Assembly (NCBI GenBank): GCA_046759385.1
Contig: JBHICC010000002.1
Location: 19,431 to 83,430 of the forward strand
Reading direction: 5' to 3'
Length of the DNA stretch: 64,000 nucleotides
Source of the DNA: Acidiferrobacterales bacterium
Lineage (GTDB): Bacteria; Pseudomonadota; Gammaproteobacteria; Acidiferrobacterales; SPGG2
Below the pieces are notes generated by a model. It searched no databases and had not been told where the DNA came from. It worked only from the letters and a program-made list of their open reading frames with translations. The position numbers and the translations under genes were made by a program. Position 1 is the first letter of the stretch. Each line of letters opens with the position of its first letter. Of this stretch, positions 30,599 to 38,685 are shown in pieces.

Positions 30599-31237
30599 AT
30601 GCCCATGGGACGACGCAGCGACCACAGTCGTGAGGAAATCCGCGAAATGGCGCTGATCGTCGCCGAACGCATCGTGCGGCGCGAAGGCTATGCTGGCTTG
30701 AGCGCCCGCAAGGTGGCCAAACCGATGGGCTACACGGTAGGCACCTTGTACCTGGTGTTCAAGAATCTCGATGATCTGATCCTGCACGTTAATGCGCGCA
30801 CCCTAGATAGCCTCCACGCGACGACGACGCAGGCCTTCGAGAAAACGCAAGACCCCCAGGACCGCGTCATCGCGATCGCTAGGGCCTATATCGACTTTGC
30901 CGCAAAAAACACCCACCGCTGGAGCATGCTTTTCGAGCATCGACAGCCGCAAGGTGAACAACGCCCACCCTGGTACGACGAGAAAGTCGCTCGCAGCCTT
31001 GCTCTCGTTGAAAAAGCGTTGACGCCGCTCGCACAGCATCGTTCCGCAAACGAGATCAAACAGGCCGCGCGCACACTATGGGGGGGTGTTCACGGTATTT
31101 GCATCCTTGCGCTCTCACAGAAGCTCGATACCGCCGACGCTAACTCAGTGCGGGTTCTCGTGGAGTCACTCGTGGACAATTACTTGCGCGGATTCACTGC
31201 TGCAAACGTCCATGCGGCCACACCTACCAACACGTAG
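30599..31237 (+). CDS. TetR/AcrR-family transcriptional regulator
   Basis: N-terminal HTH (YAGLSARKVAKPMGYTVGTLYLVFKN). The start is taken at ATG 30599; the ORF track begins at 30575. Confidence 0.8.
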   Translation: MPMGRRSDHSREEIREMALIVAERIVRREGYAGLSARKVAKPMGYTVGTLYLVFKNLDDLILHVNARTLDSLHATTTQAFEKTQDPQDRVIAIARAYIDFAAKNTHRWSMLFEHRQPQGEQRPPWYDEKVARSLALVEKALTPLAQHRSANEIKQAARTLWGGVHGICILALSQKLDTADANSVRVLVESLVDNYLRGFTAANVHAATPTNT

Positions 31238-31256
31238 TGTATGCCGCGTGTGTGTT

Positions 31257-33140
31257 CTATTTCCAATCCCCGCGTATGGCCAGAACCATCTTCCGCAAAC
31301 GTGCGGCGCTCGCCTGCCGGGGTGCCAGCGGTGATCCGACGACAAGGGCGATCCGGGACCAGAAGCGCCTGGGCAGGTTGCGCATGGCCGGGCCGGCCTT
31401 TCGGCTGAAGAAGCTACCCCAGAGTCCACGCAGTGCAATCGGGATCACGGGCACCGGTCGTCGCTTGATGATGCGCTCCACACCGGGGCGAAACTTGTGC
31501 AGTTCTCCGTCCTCGGTAAGCCGGCCCTCCGGGAATAAGCACACGAGCTGCCCTTGCTTTAAGGCGTCGTCGATCTGATCGAAGGCGCGCTCTAGCATCT
31601 TCGGGTCTTCCTTCGCCGGTGCGATCGGAATCGCGCGCGCCGTGCGAAAGACGAAATTCAGCAAGGGCAGTCTGAAGATGCCATGATACATCACAAAGCG
31701 TATCGGGCGTCGGATACAGCCGGTGATCACGAGCGCGTCGACGAAACTCACGTGATTGGAAACCAGCACTGCCGGTCCGGCGTCGGGAATGCGCTCCAGA
31801 CCTTCTTTTTGCACTCGGTACATTGTGTGGATCAGCATCCACACGATGAAGCGCATCAGAAATTCCGGCACTAACGTGTAGATGTAAATCGCAACCACCG
31901 CATTGAGTACCGCGGTAATCAAGAAAAGCTCAGGAATGCTCAATCCCGAACTCAATAGAGCAATCGCAGTAGCGGCCGACATCACCATGAACAACGCATT
32001 GAGAATCGTATTGCCGGCGATCACACGCGCAAGGTGGCTCGGCGCGCTTCGCTGTTGCACCAGCGCGAAGAGCGGCACGATATAAAATCCGCCGAACATC
32101 CCTAGCAAAACGATGTCCACCATCACTCGCCAGCTTCCGGGCTGTTGTACAAAAGCGGCAGCGCCGATTAGCTCACCGGTGGCCGCACTCGGCACCGCGA
32201 AGAAAATGTCGACGCCGAAGACCGTCACACCGATGGAACCGAAGGGCACCAGGCCAATCTCGACCTTGTGACCGGACAGGCGTTCGCACAGCAGCGAGCC
32301 GGCGCCGATTCCAATGGAAAATAACGTGATGAGAATCGTCACGACCTGCTCGTTGCCGCCCAAAGTTAGCTTGGTGTAGTTCGGGAGCTGGGCAAGGTAA
32401 GTAGCACCGATAAACCAAAACCAAGAGATGCCGAGAATTGATAGGAACACAGTGCGATTGCGGCGCGTCAACTGCAAGATACGCCATGTCTCAGTGAGCG
32501 GGTTCCAGTTGATCTTAAGTTGCGGATCTACTGCAGGCGTGTGTGGAATGGCGCGGCTCGCTAGGTAGCCGAGCACCGCCACCGCCACGACCGTGAGCGA
32601 AACGGAACCAACCCCTACGCCCGATAGCCCGATCAAGAGCGTGCCCGTCATCGTGCCAAATAAGATGGCGAGGTACGTACCCATCTGCACCATGCCGTTA
32701 CCGCCTACTAGCTCTTCCTCGTTCAGATGTTGCGGCAGAATTCCGTACTTCGCCGGCGCGAAAAGGGTCGACTGTGCACCCATCAGGAAAAGCAACCCGA
32801 TCAGCAACGGCACGCTCCGCAGGTAAAAACCCGCCGCTGCGATCACCATGATGACGATCTCGAGCAGTTTGATCAGTCGGATCAGCCTCGATTTCTCGTA
32901 CTTGTCCGCCAGCTGGCCGGCGGTGGCAGCGAACAGGAAAAACGGCAAGATAAACAATCCTGCGCTTAGATTAATCAGCGTATCGGTGCTGATAGAAATA
33001 AGGTGGGCGCTATGAAAGGCGACGAGAGTGATAAGCGCATTCTTGAAGACATTGTCGTTATACGCGCCTAGGAACTGCGTCAAAAAAAACGGCCCGAAGC
33101 GCCGCTGTCTTAGCAACGCATACTGACTGTCCGACCTCAT
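31257..33140 (-). CDS. fusion of MFS lysophospholipid-transporter-like domain (LplT-like) and PlsC-type acyltransferase domain
   Basis: The N-terminal ~400 aa form a 12-TM MFS (FGPFFLTQFLGAYNDNVFK). The C-terminus carries the HX4D acyltransferase motif (SNHVSFVDALV) and FPEGRLT. The start is taken at ATG 33140. Confidence 0.75.
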   Translation of the reverse strand: MRSDSQYALLRQRRFGPFFLTQFLGAYNDNVFKNALITLVAFHSAHLISISTDTLINLSAGLFILPFFLFAATAGQLADKYEKSRLIRLIKLLEIVIMVIAAAGFYLRSVPLLIGLLFLMGAQSTLFAPAKYGILPQHLNEEELVGGNGMVQMGTYLAILFGTMTGTLLIGLSGVGVGSVSLTVVAVAVLGYLASRAIPHTPAVDPQLKINWNPLTETWRILQLTRRNRTVFLSILGISWFWFIGATYLAQLPNYTKLTLGGNEQVVTILITLFSIGIGAGSLLCERLSGHKVEIGLVPFGSIGVTVFGVDIFFAVPSAATGELIGAAAFVQQPGSWRVMVDIVLLGMFGGFYIVPLFALVQQRSAPSHLARVIAGNTILNALFMVMSAATAIALLSSGLSIPELFLITAVLNAVVAIYIYTLVPEFLMRFIVWMLIHTMYRVQKEGLERIPDAGPAVLVSNHVSFVDALVITGCIRRPIRFVMYHGIFRLPLLNFVFRTARAIPIAPAKEDPKMLERAFDQIDDALKQGQLVCLFPEGRLTEDGELHKFRPGVERIIKRRPVPVIPIALRGLWGSFFSRKAGPAMRNLPRRFWSRIALVVGSPLAPRQASAARLRKMVLAIRGDWK

Positions 33141-33286
33141 GCCTATGCCTCCGCGAGGCAAGCATATCAGAGGGAACGAAACACTGACTACGGATGGCAA
33201 TAGCGTTGCGCGATGGCGGGGGGGCACGGCTACGGTATAATGCGCGTTCCTGCCTTTTCGATGCTTCGCGAAGTGAGGGGGATGGA

Positions 33287-33619
33287 ATGAAAAAAACTGT
33301 GATCCTGCTTGTACCAGTAGTAGCGCTTATGCTCATGGGCGCCAAATGGGTGAAGTTGACTCCCGAGGGTGAGAAAGTCCGTGTCCTCGAGGAACAAGAG
33401 GTAGGTACTTGCAAACGTCTGGGTAAGACGAACGTGCGTCTCAAGGATGATTATGTCTTCGGCATCAAGCGAAGCGAAAAGAAAGTGAAGAAGGAACTGC
33501 ATATCCTCGGCCGTAATAGCGCGGCCGATATGGGTGGAGACACGATCGTCGCGGTCACCGAGCCCAAAGAAGGCGCACAGAAGTTTGCTGTCTACAAGTG
33601 TGTGAATCCGGGCGGCTAG
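33287..33619 (+). CDS. small exported protein (DUF4156-like)
   Basis: ATG 33287 is preceded by GAGGGGGA. It has a signal-like N-terminus MKKTVILLVPVVALMLMGA. The family name is from memory. Confidence 0.55.
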   Translation: MKKTVILLVPVVALMLMGAKWVKLTPEGEKVRVLEEQEVGTCKRLGKTNVRLKDDYVFGIKRSEKKVKKELHILGRNSAADMGGDTIVAVTEPKEGAQKFAVYKCVNPGG

Positions 33620-34051
33620 GCACGTGAGGCGTGAGCAGCAAGGGTAGTTAGGTCGTTTGCTTTATCGCCTCACCCCTCACATCTGACCTGCAACCTGGAC
33701 CGAGCGATTCACGGTGCCCTGCCTCCGAAGCGCTCTTCGATGCCTCACGCTTCGCGTTTGTTGATGAAGCTCCGCCCGGAAGTCGCCGCATCGATGCAGC
33801 ATTGATTATTCTTTCCCGACAATACTCGAGGACCGCAGATTACCGCGCTAAACGATGATAGCGTATGATTTCTTGGTCGCAAGAGCAGGGTTCGGTGCGG
33901 TAGGCGATGTCCGTAAGGGTCGGCGTCATGGGGGAGCACGGCGTTCGTGTCGGTAAGCTGGCGCGTCAGCTCAGATTGCCGCTGGCGAGCGGCGATGATG
34001 CCGAACACTACCAGTACCTGTTAGTACGGACCCGAGAACGCCTGGAATTGC

Positions 34052-34573
34052 GTGATAACGTCAGCCGCCGCGCATGCGATCGGAAAACGATCCCGAACGA
34101 TCATCGATGCGACCGCGGGCCTGGGCCACGATGCTTTATTGTTAGCGCTGATGGGCTATGAGGTTACGGCTATCGAGCGCTCCCCTATTATTGCAGCGTT
34201 GTTACGGGACGGCATCATGCGCGCGCAGGAGCAGGAAAAGCTCGCGCCTGCGCTGGGCGACCGTTTCATGTTGTTAGCGGGAGACGCGCGTAAGCTATTA
34301 CCCACACTTGAGACGTGCGCGGACGTGATTTATCTTGACCCCATGTATCCGCCTAGTGCTAAGCGCTCCGCACTCCCCAAAAAAGTCATGCGCACCCTTC
34401 GCGATATCGTCGGCGATGATGCCGACACAGGCGAGTTGCTGTCAGTTGCTTTGAAGCACGCTCAAGGTCGCGTCGTCGTGAAGCGGCCGTCCAGTGCCAT
34501 GCCTATATCTACTCCCTCAACGAGCTACCGAGGCAAGATGGTGCGTTACGATGTCTATATCACCCCCGCGTGA
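34052..34573 (+). CDS. rsmJ: 16S rRNA (guanine1516-N2)-methyltransferase RsmJ, methyltransferase core only (N-terminal domain lies in another frame)
   Basis: IIDATAGLGHDALLLALMGYEVTAIERSP...VIYLDPMYP...VVVKRP is colinear with E. coli RsmJ as I recall it. The upstream frame 33907-34056 encodes the RsmJ-like N-terminus (see findings). Confidence 0.7.
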   Translation: MITSAAAHAIGKRSRTIIDATAGLGHDALLLALMGYEVTAIERSPIIAALLRDGIMRAQEQEKLAPALGDRFMLLAGDARKLLPTLETCADVIYLDPMYPPSAKRSALPKKVMRTLRDIVGDDADTGELLSVALKHAQGRVVVKRPSSAMPISTPSTSYRGKMVRYDVYITPA

Positions 34574-34643
34574 TATGACTGGGCAACACCCAGGGGCGTT
34601 TGTGTCCGACCCGATGTTTTAATTCCCCGGGCTCTCAGAAGCG

Positions 34644-35327
34644 GTGGATACGGCGACACTGGACCCGCAGGAAGCTGGCCACGCCGCCAGCGCGCGGCGG
34701 CTCGACATCGGCGACCGTATCTGCCTATTCGATGGTCAGGGAACTCTGGGGCATGCTACGGTCAGCGCAGTCAATCGGCGGGCAAGGATCCTAGAGGCAA
34801 GGGTCGAACAACGTTTGCATGTTCCCGCACCGCGGCCAAGGATAGAGCTCGCTTGTGCCTTGCCCAAGGGTGATCGGCAGGCGGTGCTTCTGGATATAGC
34901 GACACAGCTGGGGATGATTGTTTTTACACCACTTGAGTGCGAGCGCAGCGCAGTGAAACGGACGGCAGCCGTGAATCGGCGTTGGCAGCGGATCTGTCTT
35001 GAGGCGTGCAAACAGAGTCGACGTGCCTACCTGCCGGCAGTCCGCAACCCTGGCCGTCCTGCGGAAGTCGTCGGCGAAGCGGCACGCGCAGGGCGCACGA
35101 TCTGGGTTGCACATCCATCGGAAATGTCCCGGTCGCTGGACCATGGTGACGAGTCTGCCGATGCTTTGTTGGTGGTCGTGGGACCCGAGGGAGGATTTAC
35201 CGACGAGGAGGTCTTGCAGATGCAACGCGCCGGGGCGCACATTATCTCGCTGGGCTCGGCGATGTTCAGGGTCGAGACGGCCGCCATCGCGTTGCTGGCT
35301 TTCGTTGCACTTCGCCCTGGCCATTAG
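34644..35327 (+). CDS. rsmE: 16S rRNA (uracil1498-N3)-methyltransferase RsmE (5' end possibly frame-disrupted)
   Basis: GDRICLFDGQG, LPKGDR, VVGPEGGFTDEE and RVETAAIA are RsmE/SPOUT motifs. The GTG start at 34644 gives a protein about 15 aa short at the N-terminus. Confidence 0.75.
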   Translation: MDTATLDPQEAGHAASARRLDIGDRICLFDGQGTLGHATVSAVNRRARILEARVEQRLHVPAPRPRIELACALPKGDRQAVLLDIATQLGMIVFTPLECERSAVKRTAAVNRRWQRICLEACKQSRRAYLPAVRNPGRPAEVVGEAARAGRTIWVAHPSEMSRSLDHGDESADALLVVVGPEGGFTDEEVLQMQRAGAHIISLGSAMFRVETAAIALLAFVALRPGH

Positions 35328-35520
35328 CAGAGCCCTATTCGAGCAAAGCCAAATGCAAACGCCCAGTGCCATGCCGGTTCCGAAGTCGCTTTGGGCGATG
35401 GTAGCGTAGGGCCGATGACGCATGAGCAAACAGGTATTATTATGGTAGGGCTTCTCGCCGAGCTGCGGACGGATTAGGCACGCGCAGCCCCTTGCGCATA
35501 CGGAGTGAGAGCTTAAGGCC

Positions 35521-35850
35521 ATGTCTTGGGACACTGAACCGGTCGTAGGACAGTGGTACCGCCAATTGGATAAAGGCTATGAGTTTAAGGTCGTGGCGGT
35601 CGACGAAGACGAAGGGATCGTGCATATTCAGTACCTCGACGATGAGGTCGAGGAGCTTGATATCGACTCGTGGTACGAGTGGGATGTTGAAACGATCGCG
35701 CCGTACGATAAGATCAGTCGGTCAGGTGACACGTTAACGCCAGACGAAGTAGCTGGTGTGCCCAGCGAATCGCGTAGCGATTCGCACGATGAAGACGTAG
35801 ACGAAGAGGAAGACGACAACGATACACTCGACGGCTGGGAAGACCGCTAG
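35521..35850 (+). CDS. small acidic conserved hypothetical protein
   Basis: 109 aa starting with ATG. VGQWYRQLDKGYEFKVVAVDEDEGIVHIQYLDDEVEELDIDSWYEW, followed by an Asp/Glu-rich tail. It resembles a widespread gammaproteobacterial small-protein family; the name is not verified. Confidence 0.6.
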   Translation: MSWDTEPVVGQWYRQLDKGYEFKVVAVDEDEGIVHIQYLDDEVEELDIDSWYEWDVETIAPYDKISRSGDTLTPDEVAGVPSESRSDSHDEDVDEEEDDNDTLDGWEDR

Positions 35851-36551
35851 AAATCTGTTGTCAATACGGAAAGCGCCTATACACGTTTCGGCCGACCGGG
35901 ATCTTTACCCCTCTCATTCGCAACCCTCCGTAAGAGTTATCTCCAGTTTTACGCAGTCGACACCGCGCTCTGTTGAGGCGCGATATGCACGTTGCTTATT
36001 CGGAAGAGCACATTTGCGCACAAATGGATTAAACAACGATTCAACATTGGCCACAGTGTTGAATTGCGTACCGTCTACTGCACGATTTCACATGCGCATC
36101 GAAAATAGGACGAACCGTTTGCATATCGTGTCCAGGCGCGAAGCGTTTCTATCTAGCGTAAACACACGCGAAAGACGGAGTGCAGTGCAGAAAAAACGGC
36201 TGCAAGTAGCACATTCGAGCACCCAAAACAAGTTAGCGTTCCCAGATACAGTGACTAGAATTACATTAAATGGCATGGGTTCAGTGACTTATAGGAGTCA
36301 GGTGATCGTGAGCTATGCGCTGATGCGTTCACGACGACGATGTCATATTTCAGGTCAGATGTCCTTCGTCATGTGTGGGGTTGAGCGATGTTGAATGTTG
36401 TATTCGTGCGTTTTTGCACGTACGCGTTGCGACTTGCGACTGCCGATTTTGGTAAGTACTTGCGCGAAACGCCAATACGTTGGCGTGTGCGTAAATCGCT
36501 TGATTCGTGCAGGGAATGGAGCAAATAGCTGGGATCCCACACTAACTCTAC

Positions 36552-36567
36552 TGGCACAATATATGCA
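36552..36567 (+). promoter_or_regulatory. sigma54-type (-24/-12) promoter upstream of prkA
   Basis: TGGCACAATATATGCA. GG (36553-54) and GC (36565-66) are separated by exactly 10 nt, matching TGGCAC-N5-TTGCA in 10 of 11 specified positions. It lies about 88 nt upstream of the prkA ATG. Confidence 0.55.
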
Positions 36568-36653
36568 GCAAAAGGAACTATATGTGACTGTCGAAGTCTT
36601 CCATTTTAGGTAGTCACATAGCTAACACGGTCGGCAACCGGGGAGTGGCAGCT

Positions 36654-38588
36654 ATGATGCTAGAGGAAAAGAGAAGGTTTGCTGAGCTTATCGAGAAAGA
36701 CCGTGCACAACATGGAAGCCATACGTGGCACGGAACTTTTCTCGATTACCTTGAGAAGGTCAAGGAAGACTCATCAATGCCCAGGCTTTCGCACTCACGC
36801 CTTTATGATGTTGTTATCAAAGAGGGCGTCGAGGACAGCAGCGAATCCGGTGATCCGAAGCTCGCCCGCCTTTTTGGCGATGAACCCGTTAAGGTTTACA
36901 ACTTCTTCAAGGATGAGTTCTTCGGTATTGAACGAACCGTCGCCCACATCGTTCGTTATTTCCACTCTGCGGCCTTGCATGGCGAGGAAAGTCGCCAGGT
37001 TCTGTATCTCATGGGACCGGTCGGTGCCGGGAAGAGCTCTCTCATCGACAAGGTGCAGCGGGGGCTTGAGCAAAGCCCGCCTGTGTACGCGATCGAAGGT
37101 TGCCCGATGGCCGAAGAGCCGTTGCATTTAATCCCGCAGCACCTACGTAAAGAGTTTGAAAAGATGATTGATGTGCACATCGAGGGCGAGCTTTGCCCGG
37201 TGTGCCGCTATCGTCTTAAGGAAGAGTTCAAAGGTCGTTACGAGGATGTGCCGATTGTGCGGGTGCCGTTTTCGCGCCACGAGCGTAGTGGCATCGGCGT
37301 GGTGCCTCCCGTGGATCCAAACAATCAAGATACCTCGGTGCTCATCGGGTCCGAGGACATATCGAAGCTCGACACATACTCAGAGGGCGATCCACGTGTG
37401 CTTGACCTCAACGGCGCCTTCAATGTCGGCAACCGCGGCGTGGTTGAGTTTATCGAGGTGTTCAAGAACGAGGCCGAGTACCTGCACACGATGATCACGG
37501 CCACGCAGGAGAAGTTCATTCCAGCGCCAGGCCGTCACGGTACTGTGTACGTTGACACGGTGATTGTCGCGCATTCAAACGAGGCAGAGTGGCAAAAGTT
37601 CAGGGGCGACAATACGAACGAAGCGATTCTAGACCGCATTGTCGTCATAAAGGTGCCCTACAACCTGCGGCTCTCGGAAGAGATCAAGATATATCAGAAG
37701 ATGCTGCGCCAGTCCGACTTCCGTGCGCACATCGCACCGCATACGCTCGGGGTCGTGAGCATGTTCGCGATCCTCACCCGCCTTGAGCCGACCGCCAAGT
37801 GTGACTTGATGACCAAGTTGCGGTTGTACGATGGTGAAGAGGTGGTCGAGAAAGGCAAGACCCTTAAGATCAACGTGCGCGAGCTTCAGGAGGAGGCGCG
37901 CCGCGAGGGTATGTTCGGCATTTCCACTCGCTTTATTATGAAGGCGTTGGATAACGCGCTGGCCGACAGTCCCGAGGGAATTAATCCAATCAACGTACGC
38001 GAGGCGTTGATTAACATGGTGAAGGCGGCAGACCTGCCGGATGATACCCGCAAACACTATCTGGAATTCTTGCAGGATACCTTGCATAAGGTCTATTTGG
38101 AGCTATTGGAGAAGGAGATCACGAAAGCCTTTGTGTACTCGTTCGAGGAGCAGGCAGACGCGCTTTTCCAGAACTACCTGGACCACGCCGAGGCGTACGT
38201 CAACAAGACCAAGGTGAAAGATCGCAATACCGGCGAGGAGCTGCAGTCAGACGAGGGGTTCCTTAAGTCGGTTGAAGAGCAGATCGCCATCATCGGTTCG
38301 GCAGCGGACGGCTTTCGCCAAGAAGTCATGGCCTATCTATGGGCGGCCACACGACGCGGCAAGAAGGTAAGTTATCAGTCCTACGAGCCGCTGAAGGAGG
38401 CCATTGAGAAGAAGCTAATGAGCTCGGTTCGCGACATGAGCCGCATTATCACCAAAGCGCGAACACGCGACGAAGAGCAGGCGAAGAAGTACGATGATCT
38501 GCTGGCGGCGCTTATTGAGCGCGGATACAACGAGCACGCGGCAGAAGTCATACTGAAGTATGCAGCCAACAACCTCTGGAAGGACTAA
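36654..38588 (+). CDS. prkA: PrkA-family serine protein kinase (YeaG/PrkA)
   Basis: Colinear with B. subtilis PrkA as I recall it (W.GTF.DYLE.VKE, Walker A LMGPVGAGKSSL, AHSNE.EW, VPYNLR.SEE.KIY.K). ATG 36654 has GGGGAG 8 nt upstream; the ORF track begins at GTG 36645. Confidence 0.9.
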   Translation: MMLEEKRRFAELIEKDRAQHGSHTWHGTFLDYLEKVKEDSSMPRLSHSRLYDVVIKEGVEDSSESGDPKLARLFGDEPVKVYNFFKDEFFGIERTVAHIVRYFHSAALHGEESRQVLYLMGPVGAGKSSLIDKVQRGLEQSPPVYAIEGCPMAEEPLHLIPQHLRKEFEKMIDVHIEGELCPVCRYRLKEEFKGRYEDVPIVRVPFSRHERSGIGVVPPVDPNNQDTSVLIGSEDISKLDTYSEGDPRVLDLNGAFNVGNRGVVEFIEVFKNEAEYLHTMITATQEKFIPAPGRHGTVYVDTVIVAHSNEAEWQKFRGDNTNEAILDRIVVIKVPYNLRLSEEIKIYQKMLRQSDFRAHIAPHTLGVVSMFAILTRLEPTAKCDLMTKLRLYDGEEVVEKGKTLKINVRELQEEARREGMFGISTRFIMKALDNALADSPEGINPINVREALINMVKAADLPDDTRKHYLEFLQDTLHKVYLELLEKEITKAFVYSFEEQADALFQNYLDHAEAYVNKTKVKDRNTGEELQSDEGFLKSVEEQIAIIGSAADGFRQEVMAYLWAATRRGKKVSYQSYEPLKEAIEKKLMSSVRDMSRIITKARTRDEEQAKKYDDLLAALIERGYNEHAAEVILKYAANNLWKD

Positions 38589-38685
38589 CCGGCTCTAATC
38601 CGCCGCAAACAGGCGCGTCAGTGGTAGGCGTACGCGCCCGGTTCGGGATATGCACGGTCAGCGACTCAACGGATAGCGCACCAGC

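Noticed and set aside
34791-35534. 247-aa antisense ORF over rsmE, and similar long antisense frames at 10698-11300, 45734-46330, 12516-12965, 37629-38087 and 41605-42186
   Set aside because: All lie opposite genes with clear family motifs. They have Arg/Ala/Pro/Ser-biased translations typical of stop-poor antisense frames in GC-rich DNA, and no recognisable domains.
35858-36394. 178-aa ORF in the gap upstream of prkA
   Set aside because: It has a non-ATG start, no SD, and an Arg/Ser/Thr/Cys-rich low-complexity composition. It lies in an AT-richer segment full of palindromes, and no family resemblance is apparent. I treat it as non-coding regulatory DNA.
36646-36660. Second GG-N10-GC match (TGGCAGctatgATGC)
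   Set aside because: It overlaps the prkA start codons themselves, so it could not serve as a promoter for prkA. It matches the consensus less well than the 36552 site and is probably coincidental.
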